Below, in pieces: positions 52,025-63,357 of a stretch of DNA of 64,000 bases. Below the pieces are notes generated by a model. That model was not told where the DNA came from, did no database searches, and saw only the letters and a program-made list of their open reading frames with translations. The stretch is from positions 47,554,001-47,618,000 of the forward strand of contig OZ024745.1 of assembly GCA_964016885.1 (NCBI GenBank). Direction: 5' to 3'. Numbering within the stretch: the stretch's first letter is position 1; each line of letters opens with the position of its first letter. The DNA comes from Eledone cirrhosa (taxonomy: Eukaryota). The position numbers and the translations under genes are program-made.

Positions 52025-52273
52025 GCAGAGATATTTTTGAGACTAAGAAGTCCCAAATCATCATTCAAAACAAACTGAACCTATCAACATAAAAAAAACT
52101 AACAACAACAAACTGCTGTTTAAAATGGATCCACAAACGTCTGCTGTGTATATGTGTGTGTTTCTGGACACGAATGTGTATATGTATGTGGTTTACTGTT
52201 ATAACATTGTCATGTGCATCATGAAAGGACTAAGACTAAGCCAAATTGTTAAGAGTAGGGAAGCAATACTTAA

Positions 52274-52725
52274 CCCTTTCTTTACCACATTTCTAATGAA
52301 ATACACTGCCTCTGTGTTTCAATTAATTTTGAAAATAGTAATTTTTAAAAAAGGATTGGAAGAATTTAATGAGTAAGTTGATATTCAATACAAAATTTTC
52401 TGAAATAAAATTATAATGAAAAGTTTTAATATAAGTTAAAACACGGGCAGTGGGTTGTCAGTATTGGTAGAGTGTTGAACAACATGCTTTATGCTTTACG
52501 ATCTGAGTTCAAATCCTGCCAAGATTAGCTTTGCCTTTCATCCTTACGGGGTCGATAAAATAAACTACCAGTAATACACTAGGGTCGATTTAATCTACTT
52601 ACCCTCCCCAAAAAAGTGTTGGCCTTGTGTCTAAATCAGAAACCAATATAAGTAAAAACACTTTAAAATAAGTAGTTTCATATCATAAACCCAAGGCAAT
52701 TTCAAGCAGTTTCATATATAAAGGG
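52274..52725. mobile_element. TTAA-flanked MITE with a nested SINE (about 52446-52648)
   Basis: TTAA-CCCTTT...AAAGGG-TTAA; aatataagt flanks the SINE on both sides (possible TSD). Confidence 0.72.
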
Positions 52726-52961
52726 TTAAATAACAGGATAATTTTTCCTGCTCAACAATAAACATAAAATGTTTCTAATTTACTTTCATGGGGTGGAAGG
52801 AAAGAAAGAAACAAAATTACATTTAGAAATATTAACCGGTGCATTTTACTGAGGTTTAAGTGAAAGAATTCTTTCATGACATAAATGTTTAATATGGTTA
52901 GTGATGGCCATCAGGCAAATAAAAAAAGAAAAGGATTATTATTATTATTATTATTATTATT

Positions 52962-53730
52962 GATTTCAAATCCCGTCGAGGTTAGCTTTGTCTTTCATCC
53001 TTATGGATTCAATAAAATAAAGGACTGAGGTCAATTTAATCATCTTTCCCCCATTCCCTTCAAATTGCTGGCCTTGTGCCAAAAGTAGAAACAATTAATA
53101 TTAAGGGCAGTTGATGAGCCAACTTGTTAGAGTTTCTGATTAAATACATTGCAGTATTTGTTCCAGATTTTTACAATCTGAGTTCAAATCCTGACAAAGT
53201 TGACTTTTCCTTCCATACTTCCTGGAGTTGATAAAAGAAAGTACCAGTTAAATACTGGGGTTCGTCTAATTGACCCCCCCCCCCTATCCACACACACACA
53301 CACCAAAGGATAATGTTGCTGGCCAAGGGCCTGAATTAGAAAACCATTATTATTGGTGGATTGGCAGAATTGTTAGAACATCAAACAAAATACATTGCAG
53401 TATTTCTTCTAAGTTCAACTTTGACTTTCATTCTTCCAGAGTTGATAAAATAGTCTAATACAAGGGTTGATGTAGTCAATGTTCCCCTCCTCTCAAATTG
53501 CTGGCCTTGTGTTTAAATTAGAGACCAGAGAATGTAAAGAACCAGAACAAATATCATGACAAATGATATTTCTTTTGGCTCATTACTTTCTGAGTTCAAA
53601 TCCCACCAAGATTAACTTTGCCTTTCATTTTTTCGGGGTTGATAAAATAAAGTACCAGTTAAGTACTGGTGGTCAACTTTTCCCCTTCCTCCAAAACTAC
53701 TGACCTTGTGCCAAAATTAGAAGCCATTTC
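52962..53730 (+). mobile_element. cluster of about 4 head-to-tail SINE copies
   Basis: repeated ttcaaatcc/ctttcatcc/gataaaataaagtaccag/ggccttgtg blocks. Confidence 0.7.
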
Positions 53731-56294
53731 TATTATTATTAAAATGTGAGAGTCCCAAACACAGAAAATAACTGTAATAACAAGTCACTATAAATAACAG
53801 TTGAGAAAATTGGGTAAATTATCCTTAGTGATAGTAAATAGTAAACCCAATTTTCTCAACTACTATTTATAGTGATCATCGACTGTTATTACAGTTAATT
53901 TTGGTGATTGAGACTGTTGCATTTTCAAACTTCAATAATTTATATTTATCTATAATTATTATTGAAATTGATAAAACTAACATCTGTGAAGAACATATGT
54001 CAGTTAAATTAACTCCACATTTCCCCCAAATGTTTGTGGATTTGTACCACAATTATAAATTATTAATTTCAATATGTTATTTCTATCTTGTTAAATCATT
54101 TAGGCTTCACTTTGATATATGAGCATAACAAAAGCAATCAAAGGTTTTTTTTTAATGCTAGAAGAGGAGGGAGAAAGAAGAAAATATTTTCTTTTTCTTC
54201 TTTTTTTATTTCAAGGCGGCAAACTGACAGAGACGTTAGAACACCAGGTCAAATACCTCAGTATTTGTTCTGACTCTCTGTGCTCCGTGTTCAAATGTTG
54301 CTGAGATTAGCTTTGCTTTTCATCTGTTTGAGCTTGATAAAAAATTAGACAGGATGCTTTGTGGTTTGTGTTCTGAGTTCAAATCTCTTGCTTCATTCTG
54401 CTAGGAGTTGCAGCTAGCAGATAGTATCAGCAATGAAAATACCAACAGAAACGCGGTTTCCTTGATTTAATCTAATGATAATCTCCCTACTTTGCTTTTT
54501 CTTTTTTTTTTTTTTTTTACATATTTCTAAAAAAGCCTAACTGTAAAATTGTGGCTTATGTCAGCTGCTTAACTGCTTGGCAAACATATCTATTGGCACC
54601 CAGTTTCCCTACTTAAATATGGACACAATTGATCTGTTTATATTCAGATATTAAAACAGAATCAAAATTCCTGTTAAATGTGCCTCTTTAATTAATGGTT
54701 TATTTCATTTCATTTCATTTCATTTATATTCTAATTGCTATGAATGCAAAATACAAAAATAAAAAAAAGAACAGAAGCAAAGATGAAGCAAAGCCTTAAA
54801 ATTTAAACCTCTTTCCAATTTACGTATAATATATCTTTTATTTTTTCTTAATTAGTCAAGTATTGTTAACATCCAAGTACTACTATTATTATTATTATTA
54901 TTATTATCATCTTAATTAGTCAAGTACTGTTAAAACCCAGGTGTTATTAGCATTACAGCTGTTTAAAAAGATGGAATTGTCACAAGTTTTCAAAAATAAA
55001 TGGAATTACAAATAGATATGTACTTTGTTGTCAACAACAAGAATGATAATAATGGTGTATTGACAGAATCATTAGAACATCAGACAAAACACTTTATAGT
55101 ATTTCTTTTATGTTGCAAGTTCAAATCCCAATGAGGTCAACTTTGCCTTTCATCCTTCCAGAGTCGATATAATCGACCTTCCCCTTCCCACAAACCGTTG
55201 GCCTTATGCCTAAATTAGAAATCATTATTATTATTAAGGCAATAAAAATGATATAGTGATAAATAAAATGCCCTGTGGTATTTGTTTGTATCTTATTTTT
55301 AAGTTCTTAGTGCAAACCCTACAATTTATTTTCCCAAGATAGTCAAGTATTCAAGTACAGCAGGTGATCTAAGTCAGTATTTCTCATAGGGTTGTGTAGA
55401 TTGAAAAGGAAGCAAACAAATTGCCATATTTTATAATATCAATGTATGTTTATAAAACTAATTTTGTTATATACTTCTATTATAATAGTGTAATGTTATA
55501 TTATATAAGTTTATTTTTAAGGTGTATTATCTATGACCTCATTGATCATAACCCCTCCTTAAACTTATGACCTCATGTCTATGATAGCAATGAATATTAT
55601 TTGGGAATTAGTTTTCAGTTAATGAAATCAATGATGCAATTGGAATTGTTCATTTACAGAACTAAGGTTCCTAAGAAGAGCTTATTTATCAGAACACTAT
55701 GATATTCCATGATTCTAGAACTTCATGCTTATTCAAGAAAGATTTTTAACACTATATACTTGGAGAGGGAATGGGCGCTGCCAAGCATTTCTAAGACCCA
55801 CTGAAATGCCATGATGAACACACAGTCAAATGTTTAGAGTAGCATCCCAAAGATTGGCTGCCCAAGTTTTGCGAACTTGATTGATTTGATTATTATTTTT
55901 AACAAATGGAACCACTAACTATAATGTCATAATTTCAAACTTTTAATTTTGCTCTTCCCTGTAAAGCTCATTGAAATACCAGCTTCAAATAGTTTTTCTG
56001 TCAATTTTTTTTTTAACAGAAAAAAGGTGCCATCGCTTTCACCTTGCAATTGTATGGTTATTATTGTGTTAGGAAGAACATTGAACATCTATATATCTGC
56101 TCAAATATCTAGTCTGTGTAACTTTTTGATCCATGTTAGTTTGCTAAACTAGGGAGGGGGTAAACTGATGTGAAGTTTGATTAACTACAATTTTAGATAT
56201 CATGTAGAATAATAAAATAATATATTTAATGTTTTTTTTTATTTAGATTAGTCAGCAGAAGGTGTTTAATAATTGATATCAGCAATTAAGGATT

Positions 56295-56340
<46 letters not shown>

Positions 56341-56402
56341 ATAGTCCGAGCTTAAGGGGAAACAATTGTTCTCAGTATGGTGAACTAACTGTTGTGTTAC
56401 TA

Positions 56403-56442
<40 letters not shown>

Positions 56443-57290
56443 AAAGAAAATACAAAGTTCAGTGTAGCTGTTAAAGAGTCCTTTATTAACAAAGCTGTGA
56501 TACATATTTCAATGTCAATCATGGCTATGTGATTGTTCAGTCAGGTAACCAGTCATGCGATCTCGTCAGACATCATCATTATCCAAGGTTAGGTTTTCGA
56601 GGCAATCTGATCTAAGGACAAGTGAACGAACAAAAATGATGTTTTCATAGCCGAAGTCCGTTCCCTTTATATATTCAATTTATTAAGGCTAAATATAGAC
56701 TTAACTCACTAGATAGATGCACTGGAGGAGAAGTGATGGGGAGAAAGACTATGGCTGCCAAATGGCAATCACTAGAGATCCCCACTTGCTATTTTAGGCT
56801 TTAATCAGACAAAATATGTATTTGATTACTAACCAAGCTGTTGCATGAATGAATGAATCAAAATTAATTAATATTTCTGTTTAAACAAATAAAGATTATA
56901 TCAAACGAAATTAGAATTGAGAGAGAGTGAGAATTTATATTTTTTAATACTTCTGCTAATTCTAGTCTTCAGTATTATAATTCAGCATAGAAGTTAAAAA
57001 CCTAAAATACTTTGTCAATAACTCTGCTTAGAAACATAAACATTTAATTTATCTATTTGTTTGATATGTACACTACTTCTGGGAATATATATATGAAGAA
57101 CATTTCTAGAAATATATGAAATGTTCAATATCTATTCTAAAAATAATATTTTTTGGCTAATGTGGTGGTGGAATTAAAAGTGGCTCCTAATACCACGCCC
57201 TAATGTTTATAGAAATTATTTCAATATAACTAGTTTCAAGTAATTTTCAAAGGATATCTTAAAGTGTGTTTTTATTTGTATCCAACATAC

Positions 57291-57346
<56 letters not shown>

Positions 57347-57387
57347 ATAATAAAATGTGGAGAGGAAGCACACGAGTTAGGATATAA

Positions 57388-57777
57388 ATATATGAAAACG
57401 GAGAAAAGACGATTATTAGGAAGAAAAATATTTTTTTACCCTTTTTATTTATTTCTCTCTTTTTTCTAGGTTAGAAAATGATTAAAACGAAATATTTTAC
57501 CTTGTGTGAAGTGTTAAGGTATTAGTTGATTTATTTATTAATTAACAATGGCATTTATTTATTTATTTATATATTTAATAATTATTAAATTATATAAATA
57601 AATAAATAAATGCCATTGTTAATTAATAAATAAATCAACTAATACCTTAACACTTCACACAAAGTAAAATATTTCGTTTTAATCATTTTCTAACCCAGAA
57701 AAAAGAGAGAAATAAATAAAAAGGGAAAAAAATATATTTTTCTTCCTAATAATCGTCTTTTTTCCGTTTTCATATAT
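57388..57777. repeat. near-perfect spacer-less palindrome with arms of about 195 bp
   Basis: arms are reverse-complementary about the centre tttaataa|ttattaaa at 57581/57582. Confidence 0.95.
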
Positions 57778-59178
57778 ATATATATATTCAAACATATATC
57801 TATATATGTGTGTATATATGTATATTATGGGACATGTATGTTTGTCTGTTATATGTATGTTAATTTTCTTTTGTTTTGTTTTGGTTAAACTCATTCCTCT
57901 TGTGTGTGTGTGAGTGTGTGTGAATGTGTGTACATGTCAGCTTGTATGTTTGTAAATATTAATGAAATGACCACACAAATAGCTAGATTAGTTGGCTGAT
58001 TTTTACCTGGTAATCTCAAAATAAAATTGTTTGTTTTTTCAAGTGAAGGCAATTACCTGCAATCTCTCACAGATGATTTTAATTATGGTAGGTTACCTGT
58101 TAAAACTTTGTTGCCGACCTACGTTAGGGCTGATGTGATTCATACCCAGTTTATTCATCCTTGTATTATAATTATTATTTTTTTTTTGCATCCATGTTCC
58201 ATTATTCCTGAGCCAACCAAGCTAAAGCCAAGCATGCATGTCTCCGTCCTCACACATGAGACACTTCTCTCATGTGTTCACAACCATTTCACACTATCCG
58301 GTTACCATCCAAACTCACTGCCACTTCTCACACTGATCTCACTTTTGTGTCACAACTTTTTTCATTGCTGCATGCTGATGTATGCATTATATTTATATAT
58401 CTATCTATTTATCCATCTAGCAATATCTTGATAAATGCAAAAATCTTTCACAATCTCTCTCTCTTTTTCTCTTTCCTTTTCTCTCTCTCTCTGTGCATAT
58501 GCACAAAATATTTGTTTCCAAAGTGTATTCATGATAATAATACCCATCCAAATCCATCATCAATGTTGGTCCTGGCACACCTACATTAATTAATACTCAC
58601 ACCTGTTTTTTTTTTTTTTGTTTTTTTTTGTTTTTTTTTTTACCTTCCCAGTTTGTTTCCTAAAATGCAAGCTTTGATATGTTTGCAACCCAACAGTCTG
58701 TTGTCTGTTTAATTGTCTTTGCTCACTTCATTTCTCTACTACAGAAGTAAGGAATTATATGAAAGGTTCTTTTCTAAAAAAAAAACATTAACAACAAATT
58801 GTTTATTCACCTCATTATTTTGGGATTTGATCAACTCTTCTTTCAGGAATTTTTATTTTTACATTAATGTTTTGTGTCATATGCTCAATGGTTTAACAAT
58901 GCCTGCATTTGTAGAAAGTTCTTAAAACTCCACTCAATAACTCCATTAGATTTGTCATATTGTTATTATGCAAGCATCATAGAAAAATAAGTAAGCTCTT
59001 TGTAAACTGACTTTGTGGCTCAGTTTTTATTCCTGGTAAAAGAAGCTCTGTCATTTCCCTTACACCACTATTATCCTGTAGAAGGCATGTAGACTAGTAG
59101 TTAAGGTGTTAGTATCATGAAGTTATAAGTCCAATTTCTGGACAGGTGACATATTGTGTCCTTAAGTAAGGCACTTAA

Positions 59179-59398
59179 CCCTTTCATTACCATATTTCTA
59201 ATGAAATACATTGCCTATATATTTAAATTAATTTTGAAAATAACCAAAAATTAGTATGCTAATATTTAAAACATTGCTTAACAAAAATTTTTTAATAAAA
59301 TTATGATGAAAAGTTTTAATATAAGGATAGATATTTTAAATTAAGTAGTTTTGTATCCTAAATCCATGTCAATTTCAGGCAGTTTGGTATCAAAAGGG
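59179..59398. mobile_element. TTAA-flanked MITE
   Basis: TTAA-CCCTTT...AAAAGGG-TTAA. Confidence 0.72.
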
Positions 59399-60556
59399 TT
59401 AATTTCATGTCATGTCAGAGCATTCAGCTGAATTGAGTAGCAGTAGCTGCTGGGAATAACTATTGTCTTGTACTCTCAGTCACATAATACCATAGGAATC
59501 AAGATAAGTTCTGACCTGATTTGCCTCTTGGTTTGAGAAAATATTGTCTTTGAGGAAACCCAACTTCCATTCCACTTATCATTGGAGGCAGTAAGAATGT
59601 TCACCTACTTGTGGATACTGCAATTGATTCTATTTATCACATAAATGTGTATAATAAATAATAAGCATATATTGTAACATATATTGTAGTTTGGAAGGGT
59701 CTTACTACCAATCAAAACACATGCATTGGATCGAATTTCACTTCAGTTTTATTAGATAATTAATCAATCAGTCAGTTGAATAATCAACTAATTAATTAAC
59801 ATGTTCAACAACTAACTAATTGATTAATTGGAAAGACAAACGTAGAACTTGGAGTAAGTGTAAATAAAGAAGAGATGCAAAGGGCAATAGTCATTGATAA
59901 GGTCACAGGCTGTGATGAAAGGATTTTGACAAACCAATTAATTGATTAGTTGACTAATCAATTGATTGACAGATTAATTATCCAATAACAATAATTGAAA
60001 TGAAATCTAAACGATGCATGTGTTCTGATTGCCCGTATGACACTCTCGAAATACTATATCTGTTTCAATACACAATTTCACATCAAGAATCATATAAAAT
60101 AAATACAAAAACAAAGTGAAAAATAAGCATTTAACTTTTAGCTTTACTAAACTCAATTATTTTCAATAGCTGTATGTATGAAATAATTTTGTAGATTTAA
60201 TGAAAGCTACTCAAAAGATGCCAAACAATTCTTCAAAGAGACTTGAGCCATATTTTATTTTTGTTGTTTTATTTATTGAATATATTTATTTGTTTATATA
60301 ACTATTTACTTTTTATATTTGTTATTTCTAAGTTCATCTGAAATATTTTCTTAGAATTCATTTATTTTTATTTATTTTTGTTTATTTAGCTTAAGACTAT
60401 TTTCTTTATTTTTATTACATTGATTTGATAATTGCTTATGATTTACAAAAATATTTCCTTCCAGTTCTCGAATTTAGAAGAATGTTATTTCATACTATTA
60501 AGTAACAAGTGCATTGGACATACATACATAATTACATTACACACACACACACACAT

Positions 60557-60591
<35 letters not shown>

Positions 60592-60704
60592 CAAACAATA
60601 AATTGAAATATAAACATAATGATTTAGTTGTTCTGTAAAGAGTTCAATGGAAAAAAACTTATATCACAGCATACTTATGCAAGAATATTTCTGTAATATT
60701 CTTG

Positions 60705-60781
<77 letters not shown>

Positions 60782-60857
60782 AAAAGGTACACAACACAAT
60801 CGGTACAATATATGGAAAGTATATATTAGGTTAACGCTTGATATAGCAGGAAGAGGG

Positions 60858-60893
60858 TCTTAACGTTTCGGACGCTAATCCTTCATCAGAAGA
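60858..60893 (-). ncRNA. minimal type I hammerhead ribozyme motif, family A
   Basis: reverse complement reads tctt-CTGATGA-a-gga(ttagcg)tcc-GAAA-cg-TT-aaga. Confidence 0.75.
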
Positions 60894-61018
60894 AAGAATG
60901 AGAAATAAAAATAAATTAGATTAAGGGGACGGGCGAGATGGAATTGGAAAAAATCGCTTTAGATAAAAATAATAGGTCTATTCATGTTGACATCTCTTAT
61001 ATATCTATATATAAATAT

Positions 61019-61087
<69 letters not shown>

Positions 61088-61249
61088 AATATTGGAATAA
61101 ATGCTCTGAAATAGCGATATATATGTGAATATAGACATAGAATATTCGAAAATATTCTGTATGTTTATAATAAACATTTTGAAGACCTAATCGCTATAGA
61201 ATAGAATACGTCACGTATTACAATTAGATTCTCGATAAAAGCAAGGGAA

Positions 61250-61292
61250 GTAATCTACGCGTTTCATTCTTGTTAGAAATCTTCAGGACTAC
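61250..61292 (-). ncRNA. type I hammerhead ribozyme motif, family B
   Basis: reverse complement reads gtagtc-CTGAAGA-t-ttct(aaca)agaa-t-GAAA-cgc-GTA-gattac. Confidence 0.75.
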
Positions 61293-61559
61293 ATATCCAG
61301 TGCTTTTATCGAGAATGACACAGCTAGAGACTTATAGAATACTTAGCTGTGTACAGGAACTGGTTTGAAAGAGCGGTTGCCGGTCCGGCAGAAATTAGAA
61401 ATTGGAATAAATGCTCTGAAATAGCGATATATATGTGAATATAGACATAGAATATTCGAAAATATTCTGTATGTTTATAATAAACATTTTGAAGACCTAA
61501 TCGCTATAGAATAGAATACGTCACGTATTACAATTAGATTCTCGATAAAAGCAAGGGAA

Positions 61560-61602
61560 GTAATCTACGCGTTTCATTCTTGTTAGAAATCTTCAGGACT
61601 AC
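61560..61602 (-). ncRNA. type I hammerhead ribozyme motif, family B
   Basis: identical to the 61250..61292 copy, 310 bp away. Confidence 0.75.
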
Positions 61603-61806
61603 ATATCCAGTGCTTTTATCGAGAATGACACAGCTAGAGACTTATAGAATACTTAGCTGTGTACAGGAACTGGTTTGAAAGAGCGGTTGCCGGTCCGGCA
61701 GAAATTAGAAATTGGAATAAATGCTCTGAAATAGCGATATATATGTACACAGCTAAGTATTCTATAAGTCTCTAGCTGTGTCATTCTCGATAAAAGCACT
61801 GGATAT

Positions 61807-61849
61807 GTAGTCCTGAAGATTTCTAACAAGAATGAAACGCGTAGATTAC
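61807..61849 (+). ncRNA. type I hammerhead ribozyme motif, family B
   Basis: gtagtc-CTGAAGA-t-ttct(aaca)agaa-t-GAAA-cgc-GTA-gattac; 6-bp stem I. Confidence 0.75.
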
Positions 61850-62116
61850 TTCCCTTGCTTTTATCGAGAATCTAATTGTAATACGTGACGTATTCTATTC
61901 TATAGCGATTAGGTCTTCAAAATGTTTATTATAAACATACAGAATATTTTCGAATATTCTATGTCTATATTCACATATATATCGCTATTTCAGAGCATTT
62001 ATTCCAATTTCTAATTTCTGCCGGACCGGCAACCGCTCTTTCAAACCAGTTCCTGTACACAGCTAAGTATTCTATAAGTCTCTAGCTGTGTCATTCTCGA
62101 TAAAAGCACTGGATAT

Positions 62117-62159
62117 GTAGTCCTGAAGATTTCTAACAAGAATGAAACGCGTAGATTAC
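62117..62159 (+). ncRNA. type I hammerhead ribozyme motif, family B
   Basis: identical copy 310 bp downstream. Confidence 0.75.
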
Positions 62160-62547
62160 TTCCCTTGCTTTTATCGAGAATCTAATTGTAATACGTGACG
62201 TATTCTATTCTATAGCGATTAGGTCTTCAAAATGTTTATTATAAACATACAGAATATTTTCGAATATTCTATGTCTATATATATAAATATATATATATGG
62301 AAAAAATGAAATTTCATTTCTCACTCTTAGTACGGCTGATACTTAAATATAAGTATGTATACGTACATACATATATGTATACAGATGTACAGTAGTATGT
62401 ATATACATACATACACACATACACACACATATATATATGTACGTATGGGTTTACCGAACATTTATTATAATGTTCGGTTTGTTTGTAAACAAACAGCCCG
62501 AATTAAGCCCTACATCATTGCCCTTTTGTTCAACACTGACAAAGAAA

Positions 62548-62588
62548 CGATGAACTAATTTCTAGCTTATTAGCTGTCATCAGCACCG
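62548..62588 (-). ncRNA. type I hammerhead ribozyme motif, family C
   Basis: reverse complement reads cggtg-CTGATGA-c-agct(aata)agct-a-GAAA-ttag-TT-catcg. Confidence 0.68.
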
Positions 62589-62877
62589 CTTAATTTGGGC
62601 TGTTTGTTTACAAACAAACCAAACATTATATTAAATGTTCGGTAAACCCATATGTATATATATATATATGTGTGCATGTATGTATGTATATACATACTTA
62701 TATTTAAGTATCAGCCATACTAAGAGTGAGAAATGAAATTTCATTTTTTCCATTTATCGTTTTTGGTACGCCCGGCCGACTAACTCACTCGATATGCAAA
62801 TTAGGCTGCTCAACCGTTAATATGCATAAGGAAAGTATATACTTTCAAACGTTCAATCGACTGACAGGAAGGTATAT

Positions 62878-62916
62878 GGTGCTGATGACAGCTAATAAGC
62901 TAGAAACTAGTTTATC
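62878..62916 (+). ncRNA. type I hammerhead ribozyme motif, family C
   Basis: ggtg-CTGATGA-c-agct(aata)agct-a-GAAA-ctag-TT-tatc; palindromic AACTAGTT stem III. Confidence 0.68.
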
Positions 62917-63357
62917 GTTCCTTTGTCATTGTTGAACAAAAGGGCAACGATGGTTGCCGAACACTGTACGGCTTAATTCGGGCTGTTTACAAACAAACCA
63001 AACATTATAATAAATGTTCGGTAAACCCATACGTACATATATATGTGTGTGCATGTATGTATGTATAAACATACTACTGTACGTCTGTATACATATATGT
63101 ATAAGGAAAACTTGAACCGTTAAGGTATATTCTCCTTGGTTATGTCAAAATTTATAAAAAACACTTCGGATTTTATTTGATGATAGCATACAAAAATTTT
63201 GATACCCTTGAAATATATATAATAGAATAAATATGGTTTTATAAATATAGTTTCCATTTATTTAATATCATTGTATATATATATATATATATATTAGAAA
63301 CTGAGGTTTTTTTTTACAAAATGAAAAATAACCCAGGTGTCCTACACGAGTGAAAGT

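Larger units (their letters stand above)
61091..62280. repeat. 310-bp tandem repeat in an inverted (head-to-head) arrangement, with one hammerhead per unit; retrozyme or Penelope pLTR-like
   Basis: units 61091-61400, 61401-61710, partial 61711-61746; 61744-62280 is the reverse complement of 61129-61665. Confidence 0.92.
62297..63101. mobile_element. Penelope-like remnant with inverted repeat segments and two hammerheads (family C)
   Basis: inverted repeat 62297-62508 / 62588-62753; 62878-63101 is largely the reverse complement of 62367-62588. Confidence 0.6.

Noticed and set aside
56247-56261. 15-nt AG/GT-bounded segment (ISQQK)
   Set aside because: Weak donor (gtgttt), no UGC signature, and downstream of the probable gene end.
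58044-58087. Exon-like segment (EGNYLQSLTDDFNY) with a gtaggt donor; also a good acceptor at 58744
   Set aside because: Phase is incompatible with the last confident unc-80 exon and there is no recognisable homology; cannot be excluded without RNA data.
61091-62280. CRISPR array or ordinary satellite interpretation
   Set aside because: Eukaryotic context, no unique spacers, only about 4 units, and an inverted layout with ribozyme motifs.
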